DNA of 64,000 bases from Myxococcales bacterium (lineage in GTDB: Bacteria > Desulfobacterota > Binatia > HRBIN30): the NCBI GenBank assembly GCA_037445065.1, contig JBBILD010000002.1, positions 160,001 through 224,000 on the forward strand, in the 5' to 3' direction. The first letter of the stretch is position 1; each line of letters opens with the position of its first letter. A program made the translations under genes and the position numbers. The notes beneath the pieces are model-generated. The model ran no database searches, had not been told where the DNA came from, and saw nothing but the letters and a program-made list of their open reading frames with translations. Below, in pieces: positions 20,471 through 30,539 of this stretch.

Positions 20471-21271
20471 TTACATCCCGTGGCGGCCGGGGAAGAACAG
20501 GTTTACGGTGACGAAAGACGCGAGTAGGAACACAAAGGACGCGATGGTGAGCTGCGCCGCGCGGCGCCCTCGCCAGCCGACGGTGCGAGCTTGGAGCAAT
20601 CCCGCGTACATGAGCCAGGTGACCAGGGACCAAATTTGTACCGGCTCCCAAGACCACATCGAGCCCCAGGTCCTTTGTGCCAGCACGGCCCCGGTCACGA
20701 TACCGAGTGTAAACAGGACAAATCCCCAAACCACGAACCGGTGGTTGAGGTGGTCCAGAGTCTCGAGCGGCGGTAAGCGGCGAAACAATGAGCCTCGGGG
20801 ACGTCCCTTCAACTGGGACTCCTGAAGCAAGTAGATCAAGCTCAGGAATGCCGCGAGGACCAAGACAGCGTATCCGAGGAGCGCGGGTGCGATGTGAATC
20901 GGGAGCCAGACGTTATCGGAAGAAGTTGTCGGTAGCGGGCCCACTTCGAACGCATAGGCAGAGAGCACGGCCACCCAGCCGAGAGGGGCCACCAATGCGC
21001 CAAGGACCGCTACAGGTGCGCGTGGCGAGAACAGGAGATACACGAACACAGCCAGCCAGGCGATGGCCGAGAGTTGCTCCGGCAAGGGAGCGAGGCCACG
21101 AAATCCCAATTCGCCCACGCGCGTTGCCAAAGTGACGGCGTGGCTCAGTGCCGCGATTCCGAGGCAAGCCTGTGCGTAGAACCGGGATTTGCCGGCTAGC
21201 AAGTGCAGGAGGAACATCAGCGTAGCGAGCGCGTACGCTCCGGCTGCTAGTAGAAGCATGGCCTGGGTCAT
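20471..21271 (-). CDS. ccsA: CcsA/HemX-family membrane protein
   Basis: About 8 TM helices, WLPIH, LPPLETLD, TWGSMWSWEP; typical position before hemA. Confidence 0.85.
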   Translation of the reverse strand: MTQAMLLLAAGAYALATLMFLLHLLAGKSRFYAQACLGIAALSHAVTLATRVGELGFRGLAPLPEQLSAIAWLAVFVYLLFSPRAPVAVLGALVAPLGWVAVLSAYAFEVGPLPTTSSDNVWLPIHIAPALLGYAVLVLAAFLSLIYLLQESQLKGRPRGSLFRRLPPLETLDHLNHRFVVWGFVLFTLGIVTGAVLAQRTWGSMWSWEPVQIWSLVTWLMYAGLLQARTVGWRGRRAAQLTIASFVFLLASFVTVNLFFPGRHGM

Positions 21272-22011
21272 GCAGAAGTGGTGCTGGGCGAAGCAGGGGA
21301 AGGCGGGTTTTCAGGGGCAACCGCGGCGGGAGGGATGCCAAAACTCTGGCGGTCCGGGATATCCAGGTTTGCGAGCGACAGCGGACAGCCGGCCACTTCG
21401 CTCAGGACGCGATTGACCGTCGCCCAGTCCCGCGCTCGAATTGCGGGCAGAAGCGGACCGTGAAAAAGCGAGTCGAAACGCCGTTGTCGCTCATTGAGAG
21501 GCACGCCAGCGGCTTGCCAGCGAGAACGCAGCGCCGCAAAAATGCGCAAGGCCAGAGGATACTCGGGGCCCAGGATGTCCGTGAGCCGATCCCGAACGAG
21601 CCGGGCAAATCCCGGACACAGTCCGTTGGTCGAGACCGCTACGGTTAGGTCATCTGCGGTAAAGATGGCCGGCATGATGAAGGTGCAAAGTTCCGGCCGA
21701 TCCACCACGTTACACGGGATCCCACGCTCGCGGGCATCGTGCGCAACTCGTTGTTGCACAGCAGGGTCGCCGGTTGCTGCCACCACCAGGCAGTGACCGT
21801 CCAGGTCCGTTGCTTGGTACTCGCGCTCGATCGCATCCACCATTCGGTAAGGGGTCCAGGCGGTGATCAAGGGATCAACGCTGGGACTAACCACCGTGAC
21901 GCGCGCCCCTGCGTTGAGCAACACGTTGATCTTTTGCACCGCCACCTGCCCACCACCTACCACAAGACAGCGCCGCCAGCGCACATCGAAGAAGATCGGA
22001 AGATACTTCAT
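21268..22011 (-). CDS. Precorrin-2 dehydrogenase/sirohydrochlorin ferrochelatase (SirC/CysG N-terminal)
   Basis: YLPIFF, VVGGGQVA, NVVDRPELCTF, AVSTNG. Confidence 0.92.
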   Translation of the reverse strand: MKYLPIFFDVRWRRCLVVGGGQVAVQKINVLLNAGARVTVVSPSVDPLITAWTPYRMVDAIEREYQATDLDGHCLVVAATGDPAVQQRVAHDARERGIPCNVVDRPELCTFIMPAIFTADDLTVAVSTNGLCPGFARLVRDRLTDILGPEYPLALRIFAALRSRWQAAGVPLNERQRRFDSLFHGPLLPAIRARDWATVNRVLSEVAGCPLSLANLDIPDRQSFGIPPAAVAPENPPSPASPSTTSA

Positions 22012-22048
22012 GCGCCAGCCTCTTTCCGTGCCGACCAGCTAACCGAGG

Positions 22049-22420
22049 TTACACGGAAAAGGACGAGCCACACCCGCAGGTTCGGCTTGCGTTCGGGTTC
22101 ACAAACTTAAATCCGGCGCCATGTAGCCCTGCGACGTAGTCAATGGTGGTTCCTCGCAAGTACGGTAAGCTTCCTTCGTCGATCACGATCCGTACCCCTT
22201 GATCCTCGAAAACTAGATCTCCCGGCTTTGCTTCGCGGTCGAGTTTGAGCGAGTATTGCATCCCGGAACAGCCGCCCCCCACGACTCCGACTCGCAGGTA
22301 GCCGGTGGTGGCAATTCCCTCTCGCTCGAGGACGAGCCGTGCCTGTTCGGCTGCCTTGGCCGTCAGTTTGACCGGTGCCTCACTACGCCCGTGGCCTTCC
22401 TGTATTTGCATTTCTTGCAT
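22049..22420 (-). CDS. iscA: A-type Fe-S carrier (IscA/ErpA/HesB)
   Basis: GGGCSG, NPNASRTCGCGSSF. Confidence 0.93.
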   Translation of the reverse strand: MQEMQIQEGHGRSEAPVKLTAKAAEQARLVLEREGIATTGYLRVGVVGGGCSGMQYSLKLDREAKPGDLVFEDQGVRIVIDEGSLPYLRGTTIDYVAGLHGAGFKFVNPNASRTCGCGSSFSV

Positions 22421-22653
22421 CGTAACTCACCTCCGAAGGATTCCTAGTAACTCCCAACCTTGCGCTTAGCAGCCCGATGCGCCCAACCAGGCTAGCGGAA
22501 CAAAAGCAAAATGAAGTTTCGCTCACTTGAGACGTCACGGCAAGGGACCCACGGTGTGGTAAGCAAAGAAAGGAAGCGCCTGTGCAGCTGGCTCAGATCT
22601 TGGTTGAAGCAAGTCGCAGGCTTCGTCTATAGAGCGCGCAGTCCAAACTCGGC

Positions 22654-23586
22654 ATGAAGCTCTCACCGCGGCACCTCGTGTGGGTCAATCTCGCTCTCTT
22701 AACGGTAGTCGCCTACTTGGCTGCCGCGGCAGTAAGCAGGGCTGTAGCGGCGCGCCTCGTTCCACCCCCGGTGGTTCGGCTGTCGCCTCCGCCGCCGCCC
22801 ATTGCAAAACCACCGAAACGACCCTTGGTCGCATACGCGGCGATCAGCACGCGAGATATCTTCAACCCGGCCAAGCCGGTTGAGGAGGCCAGGATCGAGG
22901 CTCCACCGCCCCCGACGAAACTGAATCTCAAGTTGTGGGGTGTTTCCATTCATTCCCAAGGACGGTCCCATTGCGTGATCGAAGATCTGTCGACCAGGAA
23001 GCAAGAAGTCTATCGGATCGGTGACACAGTGCCGGGTCCCGCTGTGGTGAAGGCAATCGAGTGGGAACGAGTCATCCTGGATCGGGGAGGCTTCGAGGAA
23101 ATCTTGGAGCTCGCGCAGCCAGCGGGAACAAGTGGAGTTGCCACTTCTGGGGCAGCGCGGCCGGTTCTCACTGCTTCTTTACCTCCGCCCGCCACGGACG
23201 CGGCGGTCACCGGCAGTCCCGGCGGCGCGGCCGTATCGGTCAATCCACGCATCCAACAGGTTTCGGAGAATGAGTACCACATCGACCGTGCGGAAGTGGA
23301 ACAGCAGTTGGACAACATGAACCAGCTTTTTACGCAGATCCGCGCGGTGCCCCATTTCGACGGCGGGAAATCTACGGGCTTCCGTCTCTTCGCGATCCGG
23401 CAGGGAAGCGTGTTCGATCAGCTCGGCCTGCGCAATGGAGACATTATCCAAAGCATTAACGGCCAGGAGCTTACGGATCCGGCAAAAGCGTTGGCGGTCT
23501 TCCAACAATTGCGTGATGCCACCGAGATCAAGGTGAGTGGGGTTCGAAATAAGCAGCCATTCGAGACGGTGTACCGAATTCGCTGA
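22654..23586 (+). CDS. gspC: Type II secretion protein C (HR + PDZ domains)
   Basis: N-terminal TM, RDIF, LKLWG HR domain, PDZ GLRNGDIIQSING; first gene of the cluster. Confidence 0.9.
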   Translation: MKLSPRHLVWVNLALLTVVAYLAAAAVSRAVAARLVPPPVVRLSPPPPPIAKPPKRPLVAYAAISTRDIFNPAKPVEEARIEAPPPPTKLNLKLWGVSIHSQGRSHCVIEDLSTRKQEVYRIGDTVPGPAVVKAIEWERVILDRGGFEEILELAQPAGTSGVATSGAARPVLTASLPPPATDAAVTGSPGGAAVSVNPRIQQVSENEYHIDRAEVEQQLDNMNQLFTQIRAVPHFDGGKSTGFRLFAIRQGSVFDQLGLRNGDIIQSINGQELTDPAKALAVFQQLRDATEIKVSGVRNKQPFETVYRIR

Positions 23587-23594
23587 GTCAGGGG

Positions 23595-26441
23595 ATGATA
23601 GGGATGGGCATGGGGAAGCTGTTGGCGACATACAAGAACATCGGGATGCTGGTGGCTGCTGCTTTGCTTGTTTTGACGCCTGGGCTTGGCGCCCAAGAGA
23701 CCCCGCCGGGCGGGGAAGAAGACAGCGCCAAGATCACGATGAACTTCCAGGACGTGGACATTGCCGTTTTGGTCAAGTTCATCAGCGACATCACCGGGAA
23801 GAACTTCATTGTGGATGAAAAAGTTCGCGGCAAAGTGACCATCATTTCACCCGGCAAAATCAGTGTGGACGAAGCGTACCTCGTCTTCCAGTCCGTTTTG
23901 CAGGTGAAGGGATTCACCACCGTACCGTCAGGGTCGATTATCAAGATTCTCCCGACAAAAGACGCAAAAACTTCGACCATCGACACCGTTCTTCCTGAAG
24001 CACGCCCGCAACCGCGGGACGAATACATCACGCGTTTGATTCGGCTGAAGTACGTGGACGCGAACAACATGGTGGCCATCCTGCAGCCACTAGCGTCACC
24101 TGACGGCTTGCTGGCGGCATACACGCCCACAAACACTTTGATTTTGATTGACACCGCCGCGCAGACCGATCGCTTGGCCAAGATCCTGAGCCAACTGGAT
24201 GTGGAAGGACAACAGCAGGAAATCGAAGTTGTGCGGCTGAACTATGCCTTTGCCGGGGATATCGCCGCTTTGTTGCAACAGTTACTGGAGGAGCCGACCG
24301 CGCCCGCGACGGGTGCGGCTCCTGCGACCCAACCCGGAGCGGCACCCGACGCGAGGTTGCGCCGTGGCACGGCCCCCCGGACTGGGGGCGCGGCAACGGG
24401 TTCCGCAATCAGTGGCGGTGTGACGCCGGAAAGGGCGTTCAAGATCATCCCTGACGAACGGACGAACTCGTTGATCTTAGTGGCTGGGCCGGCGGAAGCT
24501 CGGCGGATCAAGGACCTCATCGCTCGCCTGGACGTGCCCTTGCCATTAGGCACTGGGCGGATTCACGTGTACTATCTCAAGTACGCCAATGCTTTCGAAT
24601 TGATTCCTGTTTTGGCCTCTTTGGTGGGGGGAACCGGAGGAGGAATCGGCGGGTTCAGTCCGTTCGGTTTTGGTGGAATCGGTGGGCTCCGGGGAGGTTT
24701 TGGAAGTTTCGGGGGGGTGCGCGGTGGCTTCGGAGGGATCGGGGGTCTTGGCCGCTTCGGAGGAAGTAGCTTGGGGTTTGGAGGGTTTGGTGGCGGAGCA
24801 TTCGGCGGGTTTGGGGGTGGCCTCGGTTTTGGCGGAGTCGCGCCAGGCGTGGGGCTCGGTCTCGGGCAAACCGGGTTTGGCACGGCCGGGGCGTTAGCTG
24901 GGCGCCGGCCCGGACTCGCTGGTGCTACTGGTGCTGCTGGGACGGGTGCGGCGGCGGGTCAGCAAACTGAGTTCGAGGGGCAGGTTCGGATTAGTGCCGA
25001 TCCTGCAACCAATGCGCTGATCATTAACGCTTCCCCTCAAGACTTCGAGACGCTGCGCGAAGTGATCGAGAAGCTGGATGTCCGGCGTCGGCAGGTGTAC
25101 GTGGAAGCAATTATTGCCGAGGTGTCGCTTGATCTCACTCGGGAGCTGGGCATCGAGTTACAAGGTGCAACGGAAATTCCCAACGGCGTGGGTTTTGGCC
25201 GCACCAACTTGCGTGGTGACATCAATCAGCTTTTGAACCCCACCAACTTATCTGGCTTAGTGCTAGCGGCGGCAAGCTCCCAAACCGTCACGGTTAACGG
25301 AGTCACCATTCCTGCACAGCAGGCTCTTTTGCGCGCGCTGGAAAGCCGCTCCGACGCAAACATTTTGTCCGCGCCAACGGTGCTGACAACGGACAATCAG
25401 CCAGCGGAAATTGTTTCTGGACAGAACGTGCCCTTCATCGCGAGTCGGGCCACCAGTGACGTGAACTTGAGCAACACCTTTGCGACCATCGAGCGGCGGG
25501 ATGTGGGAATTACGCTGCGCCTCACTCCTCAGATCTCGGAGGGGGGGCAGGTTCGGTTGGACATCTTCCAAGAAGTCTCCGACGTGATTTCCAACGACCC
25601 GCAACTCGGCCCAACGACCACCATCCGGTCCGCCACCACAAGTGTGGTCACGCGAGACGGCCAGACGGTGGTCATCGGCGGTATCATGTTCGAAGCACGA
25701 GGGAAGAATGTGAGTAAAGTGCCCTTCTTGGGCGACGTCCCAGTGTTGGGGAATCTCTTCCGAACAGACTCCACGCGAAACCGCAAAACGAACCTGTTGA
25801 TCTTTCTGACCCCCCACATCATTCGTAACGAACGCGATCAGCGCAACGTGGCGGTAAACGAGCGGGAGCGCTTGTTGCGTCGCCCATTCGAAGAGATGGG
25901 CCAGCGACCACCCAACTGGGAACAGCTCAATACCCCGTCTTGGGAAGTTCGCCCGTCCATTGACGCTCCGGCTGAGCCTGAGGGGGAGAGCGAGAAACGG
26001 TCGCGTATTGAGATCCACCGCCCAAGTTCTGGAAACGGGGCAGGGGAGAGCACCAGGTCAAGAGCTGAAGAAAGAGGTTCTGCCAGTTTGAATTCCTCTG
26101 CGATTAGCGCGGCCCCACACAACCGTTATGTGTTGCTGGCGACGGTCTCGTCGAGCGGCAGCCCGCCGCAAAGCCTGGAAGGGAGTAATGGCCTTTTGGC
26201 GCTAGCCGTCCCCGCCTCGCTGCCACTTGCGCGTAGCTTCCAGAAGGGCCGCGTGTACCGATTCGTTGGCAATGGCTTCACGGCGAGCTACGTGTGTTTG
26301 GAGGTCTTTGAGGGTCCCAACGAGGCTTTCGCCGTGTATCCAGAGGGAATGCAAGTCAGCACGAACCCACCTAGCTTTCTGCATTGGCGTGAGCCAGTGG
26401 AGGCTTCTGTGCTCGATGACGCAAATTGGAGTGCCGGGTAG
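23595..26441 (+). CDS. gspD: Type II secretion secretin with Gly/Phe-rich N3 insert and C-terminal extension
   Basis: ITMNFQDVDI, DERTNSLI, ADPATNALII, QVYVEAII, KVPFLGDVPVLGNLF, LLIFLTPHII; exact start uncertain. Confidence 0.96.
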   Translation: MIGMGMGKLLATYKNIGMLVAAALLVLTPGLGAQETPPGGEEDSAKITMNFQDVDIAVLVKFISDITGKNFIVDEKVRGKVTIISPGKISVDEAYLVFQSVLQVKGFTTVPSGSIIKILPTKDAKTSTIDTVLPEARPQPRDEYITRLIRLKYVDANNMVAILQPLASPDGLLAAYTPTNTLILIDTAAQTDRLAKILSQLDVEGQQQEIEVVRLNYAFAGDIAALLQQLLEEPTAPATGAAPATQPGAAPDARLRRGTAPRTGGAATGSAISGGVTPERAFKIIPDERTNSLILVAGPAEARRIKDLIARLDVPLPLGTGRIHVYYLKYANAFELIPVLASLVGGTGGGIGGFSPFGFGGIGGLRGGFGSFGGVRGGFGGIGGLGRFGGSSLGFGGFGGGAFGGFGGGLGFGGVAPGVGLGLGQTGFGTAGALAGRRPGLAGATGAAGTGAAAGQQTEFEGQVRISADPATNALIINASPQDFETLREVIEKLDVRRRQVYVEAIIAEVSLDLTRELGIELQGATEIPNGVGFGRTNLRGDINQLLNPTNLSGLVLAAASSQTVTVNGVTIPAQQALLRALESRSDANILSAPTVLTTDNQPAEIVSGQNVPFIASRATSDVNLSNTFATIERRDVGITLRLTPQISEGGQVRLDIFQEVSDVISNDPQLGPTTTIRSATTSVVTRDGQTVVIGGIMFEARGKNVSKVPFLGDVPVLGNLFRTDSTRNRKTNLLIFLTPHIIRNERDQRNVAVNERERLLRRPFEEMGQRPPNWEQLNTPSWEVRPSIDAPAEPEGESEKRSRIEIHRPSSGNGAGESTRSRAEERGSASLNSSAISAAPHNRYVLLATVSSSGSPPQSLEGSNGLLALAVPASLPLARSFQKGRVYRFVGNGFTASYVCLEVFEGPNEAFAVYPEGMQVSTNPPSFLHWREPVEASVLDDANWSAG

Positions 26442-26450
26442 GTAACCGGA

Positions 26451-28163
26451 ATGGCGGTCGCAGTCAGCTCTTTGGAGTCGTTCTTACTCCAATACGGGCA
26501 CGTCAGCGCGGAAACGCTCGAGAAAGCTAGAGAGCGGCAACGGGACGGGAAAAACCTCGGCGACGTCCTGCTTGAGATGGGCGCCATTGATGGGGCGACC
26601 TGGGCGCGCGTGGTGGCGGACCATTACGGCCTCCCATTCTGCGACCATCTACCCGATGAGACAGCTGTGCTCGACTTGATCGAGCAGGTACCGATCAATT
26701 TTGCCAAGCGCTACTCGGTGCTGCCGGTGGCTCGCGAAGGGGACACCGTCGTGGTCGCGTGTGCAGACCCGAGTCAGATCGGCGCTTTGCACGACCTCCG
26801 CATTTTACTTGGCTGCCCGTTACGCGTGGTGGTAGCACCGGCGCAGGCAATCATCGATGCGATCAACCGAGCGTACGACACGATTACGGCTGGATCGGCA
26901 TCCGAGTTGATGGACGACCTGGATACCGAGCGGCTCGATTTGGAACTCGCTGACCTCGAGGAACCTAGGGACCTGCTCGATGCGGACGAGGAAGCACCCA
27001 TCATCCGGCTCGTGAACCAACTGATCTTCCAGGCGGTGAAAGACCGAGCAAGCGACATCCACATCGAGCCGTACGAACGGGATTTACACGTGCGCTTTCG
27101 AATCGACGGCATTCTTTACGACATCTTGTCGCCCCCGAAGCGTTTTCATCCGGTAATCATCTCGCGTGTGAAAGTAATGTCGGGGTTGAACATCGCGGAG
27201 AAGCGCCTGCCCCAAGATGGAAGAATTCGGATTCGGTTGGCTGGGAAGGACATTGATATTCGGGTCTCGATTGTACCCACCGCGCATGGGGAACGCGTGG
27301 TCATGCGGCTGTTGGACCGCGCCAGCACGTTGTTGCATCTTGAAGATTTGGGCCTCACGGGAGCGAAACTAGAAACGGTGAACCGACTCATCCGGCAGAG
27401 CCACGGCATCATCCTGGTGACAGGCCCGACCGGAAGCGGAAAAACGACGACGCTCTACGCCTGCTTGTCGAAAATCAACACGGTCGACAAAAACATCATC
27501 ACCATCGAGGATCCGGTCGAATACCAGCTAAAAGGGGTTGGCCAGATCCAGGTAAATCCGAAAATTGACTTAACGTTCGCCAGTGGGCTCCGTTCGATTC
27601 TCCGGCAGGACCCGGACGTGATCATGGTGGGCGAGATCCGCGACGTGGAAACTGCCGAAATTGCGATCCAGGCAGCGCTGACCGGTCACCTTGTATTCTC
27701 CACCCTGCACACGAACGATTCTTTCGGTGCAATGACCCGGCTGCTGGACATGGGAATCGAGCCATTTCTCGTTTCCTCCTCGGTCATTGCGGTGATGGCG
27801 CAGCGGCTCGTGCGGCGCGTGTGCGAGAACTGTCGCGTTGCGTATCGGCCCACCCGCGAAGAGATCGAAGAGATTGGCATTACTCCCCAGCAGTTAGGCG
27901 GACGAGAACTCTTCCGGCAAGGGCCCGGGTGCAGCCAGTGCAAAGGGAAGGGATATCGTGGGCGGACGGGGATTCATGAGTTACTGGTCGTGGACGACGA
28001 AATCCGTTCTCTGGTCATGAAAAACGCAGACGCGGCGTCCATTCGCCGCACTGCAACCGCGCACGGCATGAACACGCTCCGCCAAGACGGAGCAGATAAA
28101 GTACTAGCCGGAATCACTACAGTGGAGGAAGTGTTGCGCGTGACCCAGGACGATATCGTTTGA
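26451..28163 (+). CDS. gspE: Type II secretion ATPase
   Basis: ASDIHIEP, Walker A GPTGSGKT, TIEDPVE, LRQDPDVIMVGEIRD, CxxC...CxxC. Confidence 0.97.
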   Translation: MAVAVSSLESFLLQYGHVSAETLEKARERQRDGKNLGDVLLEMGAIDGATWARVVADHYGLPFCDHLPDETAVLDLIEQVPINFAKRYSVLPVAREGDTVVVACADPSQIGALHDLRILLGCPLRVVVAPAQAIIDAINRAYDTITAGSASELMDDLDTERLDLELADLEEPRDLLDADEEAPIIRLVNQLIFQAVKDRASDIHIEPYERDLHVRFRIDGILYDILSPPKRFHPVIISRVKVMSGLNIAEKRLPQDGRIRIRLAGKDIDIRVSIVPTAHGERVVMRLLDRASTLLHLEDLGLTGAKLETVNRLIRQSHGIILVTGPTGSGKTTTLYACLSKINTVDKNIITIEDPVEYQLKGVGQIQVNPKIDLTFASGLRSILRQDPDVIMVGEIRDVETAEIAIQAALTGHLVFSTLHTNDSFGAMTRLLDMGIEPFLVSSSVIAVMAQRLVRRVCENCRVAYRPTREEIEEIGITPQQLGGRELFRQGPGCSQCKGKGYRGRTGIHELLVVDDEIRSLVMKNADAASIRRTATAHGMNTLRQDGADKVLAGITTVEEVLRVTQDDIV

Positions 28164-28238
28164 GCGTTGCGCGCGGACGATCCCTTGGAGTTACGGCGAG
28201 TTTTTCGAGAGAAGTTTCGCAGAGCTGGATGATCGGCC

Positions 28239-29477
28239 ATGCCGGTGTATGCGTATCGCGGGTTTAACGCGGCGGGTCGGGCGATCGGAGGCATCGTTGA
28301 TGCGGACACGCCGAAAGGAGCCAGGCAAAAGCTCCGACGCGAGGGGATTTTCCCAACCGAACTGGTCGAGCAACAGCGACAAGTACCAAAACGTGCGGCG
28401 ACCGAGTCAACCACCTGGCAGTCTTTTACCCGTTATTTCGAGCGAATTTCTCCGGAAGAGCTGGCCCTCTTAACCCGGCAACTAGCAACCCTGGTGGGTG
28501 CCCGGGTTCCTTTGGTAGACTCGCTCTCGGCGCTCATCGAGCAGTCAGAGCACGCTCGCACAAAGCGCATCCTCTCCCAAGTTCGCGAGCAGGTGACCGA
28601 GGGCTCGTCACTTGCGGATGCTCTGAAGGCACACCCGCGGGTGTTCAGCGACTTGTACGTAAACATGGTGCGAGCCGGCGAGGCGTCGGGTGCCCTCGAG
28701 GCGGTCCTTTTGCGACTCGCGGATTACACGGAAAGTTACGCCCAACTCCGTTCGAAAGTGCGCTCGGCACTCACGTATCCGACGCTCATGGCAGTAACGG
28801 GAGCGGCGATTCTCATGTTTTTGCTAGCCTACGTCGTTCCGAAGATCACGAAGATTTTTGCCGAGAATCAGGCAACGTTGCCTCTCATGACGCGCATTCT
28901 GCTGGCGGTGAGTGGCTTTGCCCAGGAGTACTGGTGGCTGATGGTTTTTGTCCTGCTGACGGCAGGGGTCTCGGTGCAGATGAGCCGGCGCACGGAGGCC
29001 GGGCGCTTGCGATTCGACCGCTACATGTTGGCCATCCCATACCTGGGGACGCTGTTTAAAAAGGTGGCTCTTGCGCGCTTTGCGCGGACGCTCGCCACGC
29101 TTCTGAAGAGCGGTGTCAATTTGCTTACGGCGCTGGACATCGCGAAGAATGTCGTAAACAATTCCCTTCTGAGTCGGGCGATCGAAGAAGCGCGAGAAAG
29201 TATCCGGGAAGGACAAAGTATCGCGCCGCCGCTCAAGAAGAGCGGCCTGTTCCCGCCCATGCTGGTGCACATGATCGCGGTCGGGGAAAGAAGCGGGGAG
29301 CTCGAAAACATGCTGAGTAAGGCCGCCGAGGCATACGACAACGACGTATCCACTTCGGTTGCGACCATCACGAGCGTGCTCGAGCCGATGATGATTTTGT
29401 TCGGGGGGGCGGTTGTGTTGTTCATTGTGCTCGCCATCCTGTTGCCGATTTTCGAGATGAACCAGTTGGTTCGTTGA
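28239..29477 (+). CDS. gspF: Type II secretion inner-membrane protein F
   Basis: TRQLATL, MVRAGEASG, ALTYP, VGERSGEL, LEP. Confidence 0.96.
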   Translation: MPVYAYRGFNAAGRAIGGIVDADTPKGARQKLRREGIFPTELVEQQRQVPKRAATESTTWQSFTRYFERISPEELALLTRQLATLVGARVPLVDSLSALIEQSEHARTKRILSQVREQVTEGSSLADALKAHPRVFSDLYVNMVRAGEASGALEAVLLRLADYTESYAQLRSKVRSALTYPTLMAVTGAAILMFLLAYVVPKITKIFAENQATLPLMTRILLAVSGFAQEYWWLMVFVLLTAGVSVQMSRRTEAGRLRFDRYMLAIPYLGTLFKKVALARFARTLATLLKSGVNLLTALDIAKNVVNNSLLSRAIEEARESIREGQSIAPPLKKSGLFPPMLVHMIAVGERSGELENMLSKAAEAYDNDVSTSVATITSVLEPMMILFGGAVVLFIVLAILLPIFEMNQLVR

Positions 29478-29572
29478 CCCGTCAGGCGTTGAAGGACCCA
29501 TGTCGGCTGTTAGCCTAGCGCTCGCAATTCGTCGGTCCGTAAGTAAGGTTTCACAAGGAGGGCGAAAGGGAA

Positions 29573-29986
29573 ATGCGTCGGCTGTCCGGTTCTGCTGGCT
29601 TCACCTTGATCGAAATCATGGTGGTAGTGTTCATTCTGGGCCTGTTGGTCACCCTGGTCGCGCCGAGGATCATCGGGCGGACCGACGAGGCACGCCGAAC
29701 CAAGGCGGCCGCGGATATCAAAGCCATCGAGCAAGCGTTGAACCTCTTTAAGCTGGACAATGGGTTCTATCCAAGCACCCAGGATGGCCTGCAGGCTCTC
29801 GTCCAGCGCCCGGCAAACGCTCGCAACTGGAACCCTGACGGTTACCTGGACCAGATTCCGGTGGATCCGTGGGGCAACCCCTACGTGTATTTCTCCGACG
29901 GCACGCACATCGTGATCAAGTCATACGGGGCAGACGGTCAGGAGGGCGGCGAAGGCAAGAATGCCGACATTGACAACCGCGGCTGA
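29573..29986 (+). CDS. gspG: Major pseudopilin
   Basis: G|FTLIEIMVV, FKLDNGFYP, DPWGNPY, SYGADG. Confidence 0.97.
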   Translation: MRRLSGSAGFTLIEIMVVVFILGLLVTLVAPRIIGRTDEARRTKAAADIKAIEQALNLFKLDNGFYPSTQDGLQALVQRPANARNWNPDGYLDQIPVDPWGNPYVYFSDGTHIVIKSYGADGQEGGEGKNADIDNRG

Positions 29987-30539
29987 CACCCGGGCTGGTT
30001 TCCGAGCGGTATGGAAGCGGGCGGACGATCGCGGTTTCACGCTCCTGGAAATCTCGTTGATCCTCTTGCTCCTGTCGGTGGTACTGGTGGTCGTGGTGCC
30101 CCGGTTCCGCGATCGCAGTCGGGTGGAGCTGTTCGCTCACGCCAACCGCTTGCAGTTGACCTACCGGCTGCTGCGTAACCAGGCCGTCCTCGACGGGGTT
30201 GCGTACCGGCTGTACTTCGATTTGGACCAGCAGCGGTACTGGGTGACGCCGGACGAACCCGGCGCCATCGAGCTGCGGCAGTTCGTTGCAAACCTTGGAT
30301 CGCTCGCACGGGGGGTGGCGCTGGAAGGGGACGTGCAGCTCTTGGACGTCAGCCTCCCGCTGGACGGAGTCAAGCTGGCACAGGGCTCCTTGTATGCCAT
30401 TTTTTACGCCGATGGCTCGGTTGATCCCACCGTGGTTCACCTGGGAACAGCGCAGGAGGCTTACACGTTGTGGTTCGACCCGCGAGCGCAAAAACTGCGG
30501 GGTCGCCTTGGTTACTGGGAGCCGAGTTATGGGCGCTGA
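29961..30539 (+). CDS. gspH: Minor pseudopilin H
   Basis: RG|FTLLE prepilin motif; position in cluster. Confidence 0.8.
   Translation: MPTLTTAADTRAGFRAVWKRADDRGFTLLEISLILLLLSVVLVVVVPRFRDRSRVELFAHANRLQLTYRLLRNQAVLDGVAYRLYFDLDQQRYWVTPDEPGAIELRQFVANLGSLARGVALEGDVQLLDVSLPLDGVKLAQGSLYAIFYADGSVDPTVVHLGTAQEAYTLWFDPRAQKLRGRLGYWEPSYGR

Noticed and set aside
20466..20729. N-terminal extension of HemA, and similar extensions of SerS, GspI and GspK
   Set aside because: They overlap upstream genes; homologous N-termini begin at downstream starts.
22588..22604. Sigma-54 promoter before gspC (CTGGCTCAGATCTTGGT)
   Set aside because: The invariant -12 GC is GG.
24627..24900. DNA tandem repeat or antisense Pro-rich ORFs in gspD
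   Set aside because: Codons vary, so the repeat is protein-level; the antisense ORFs are shadows of Gly codons.
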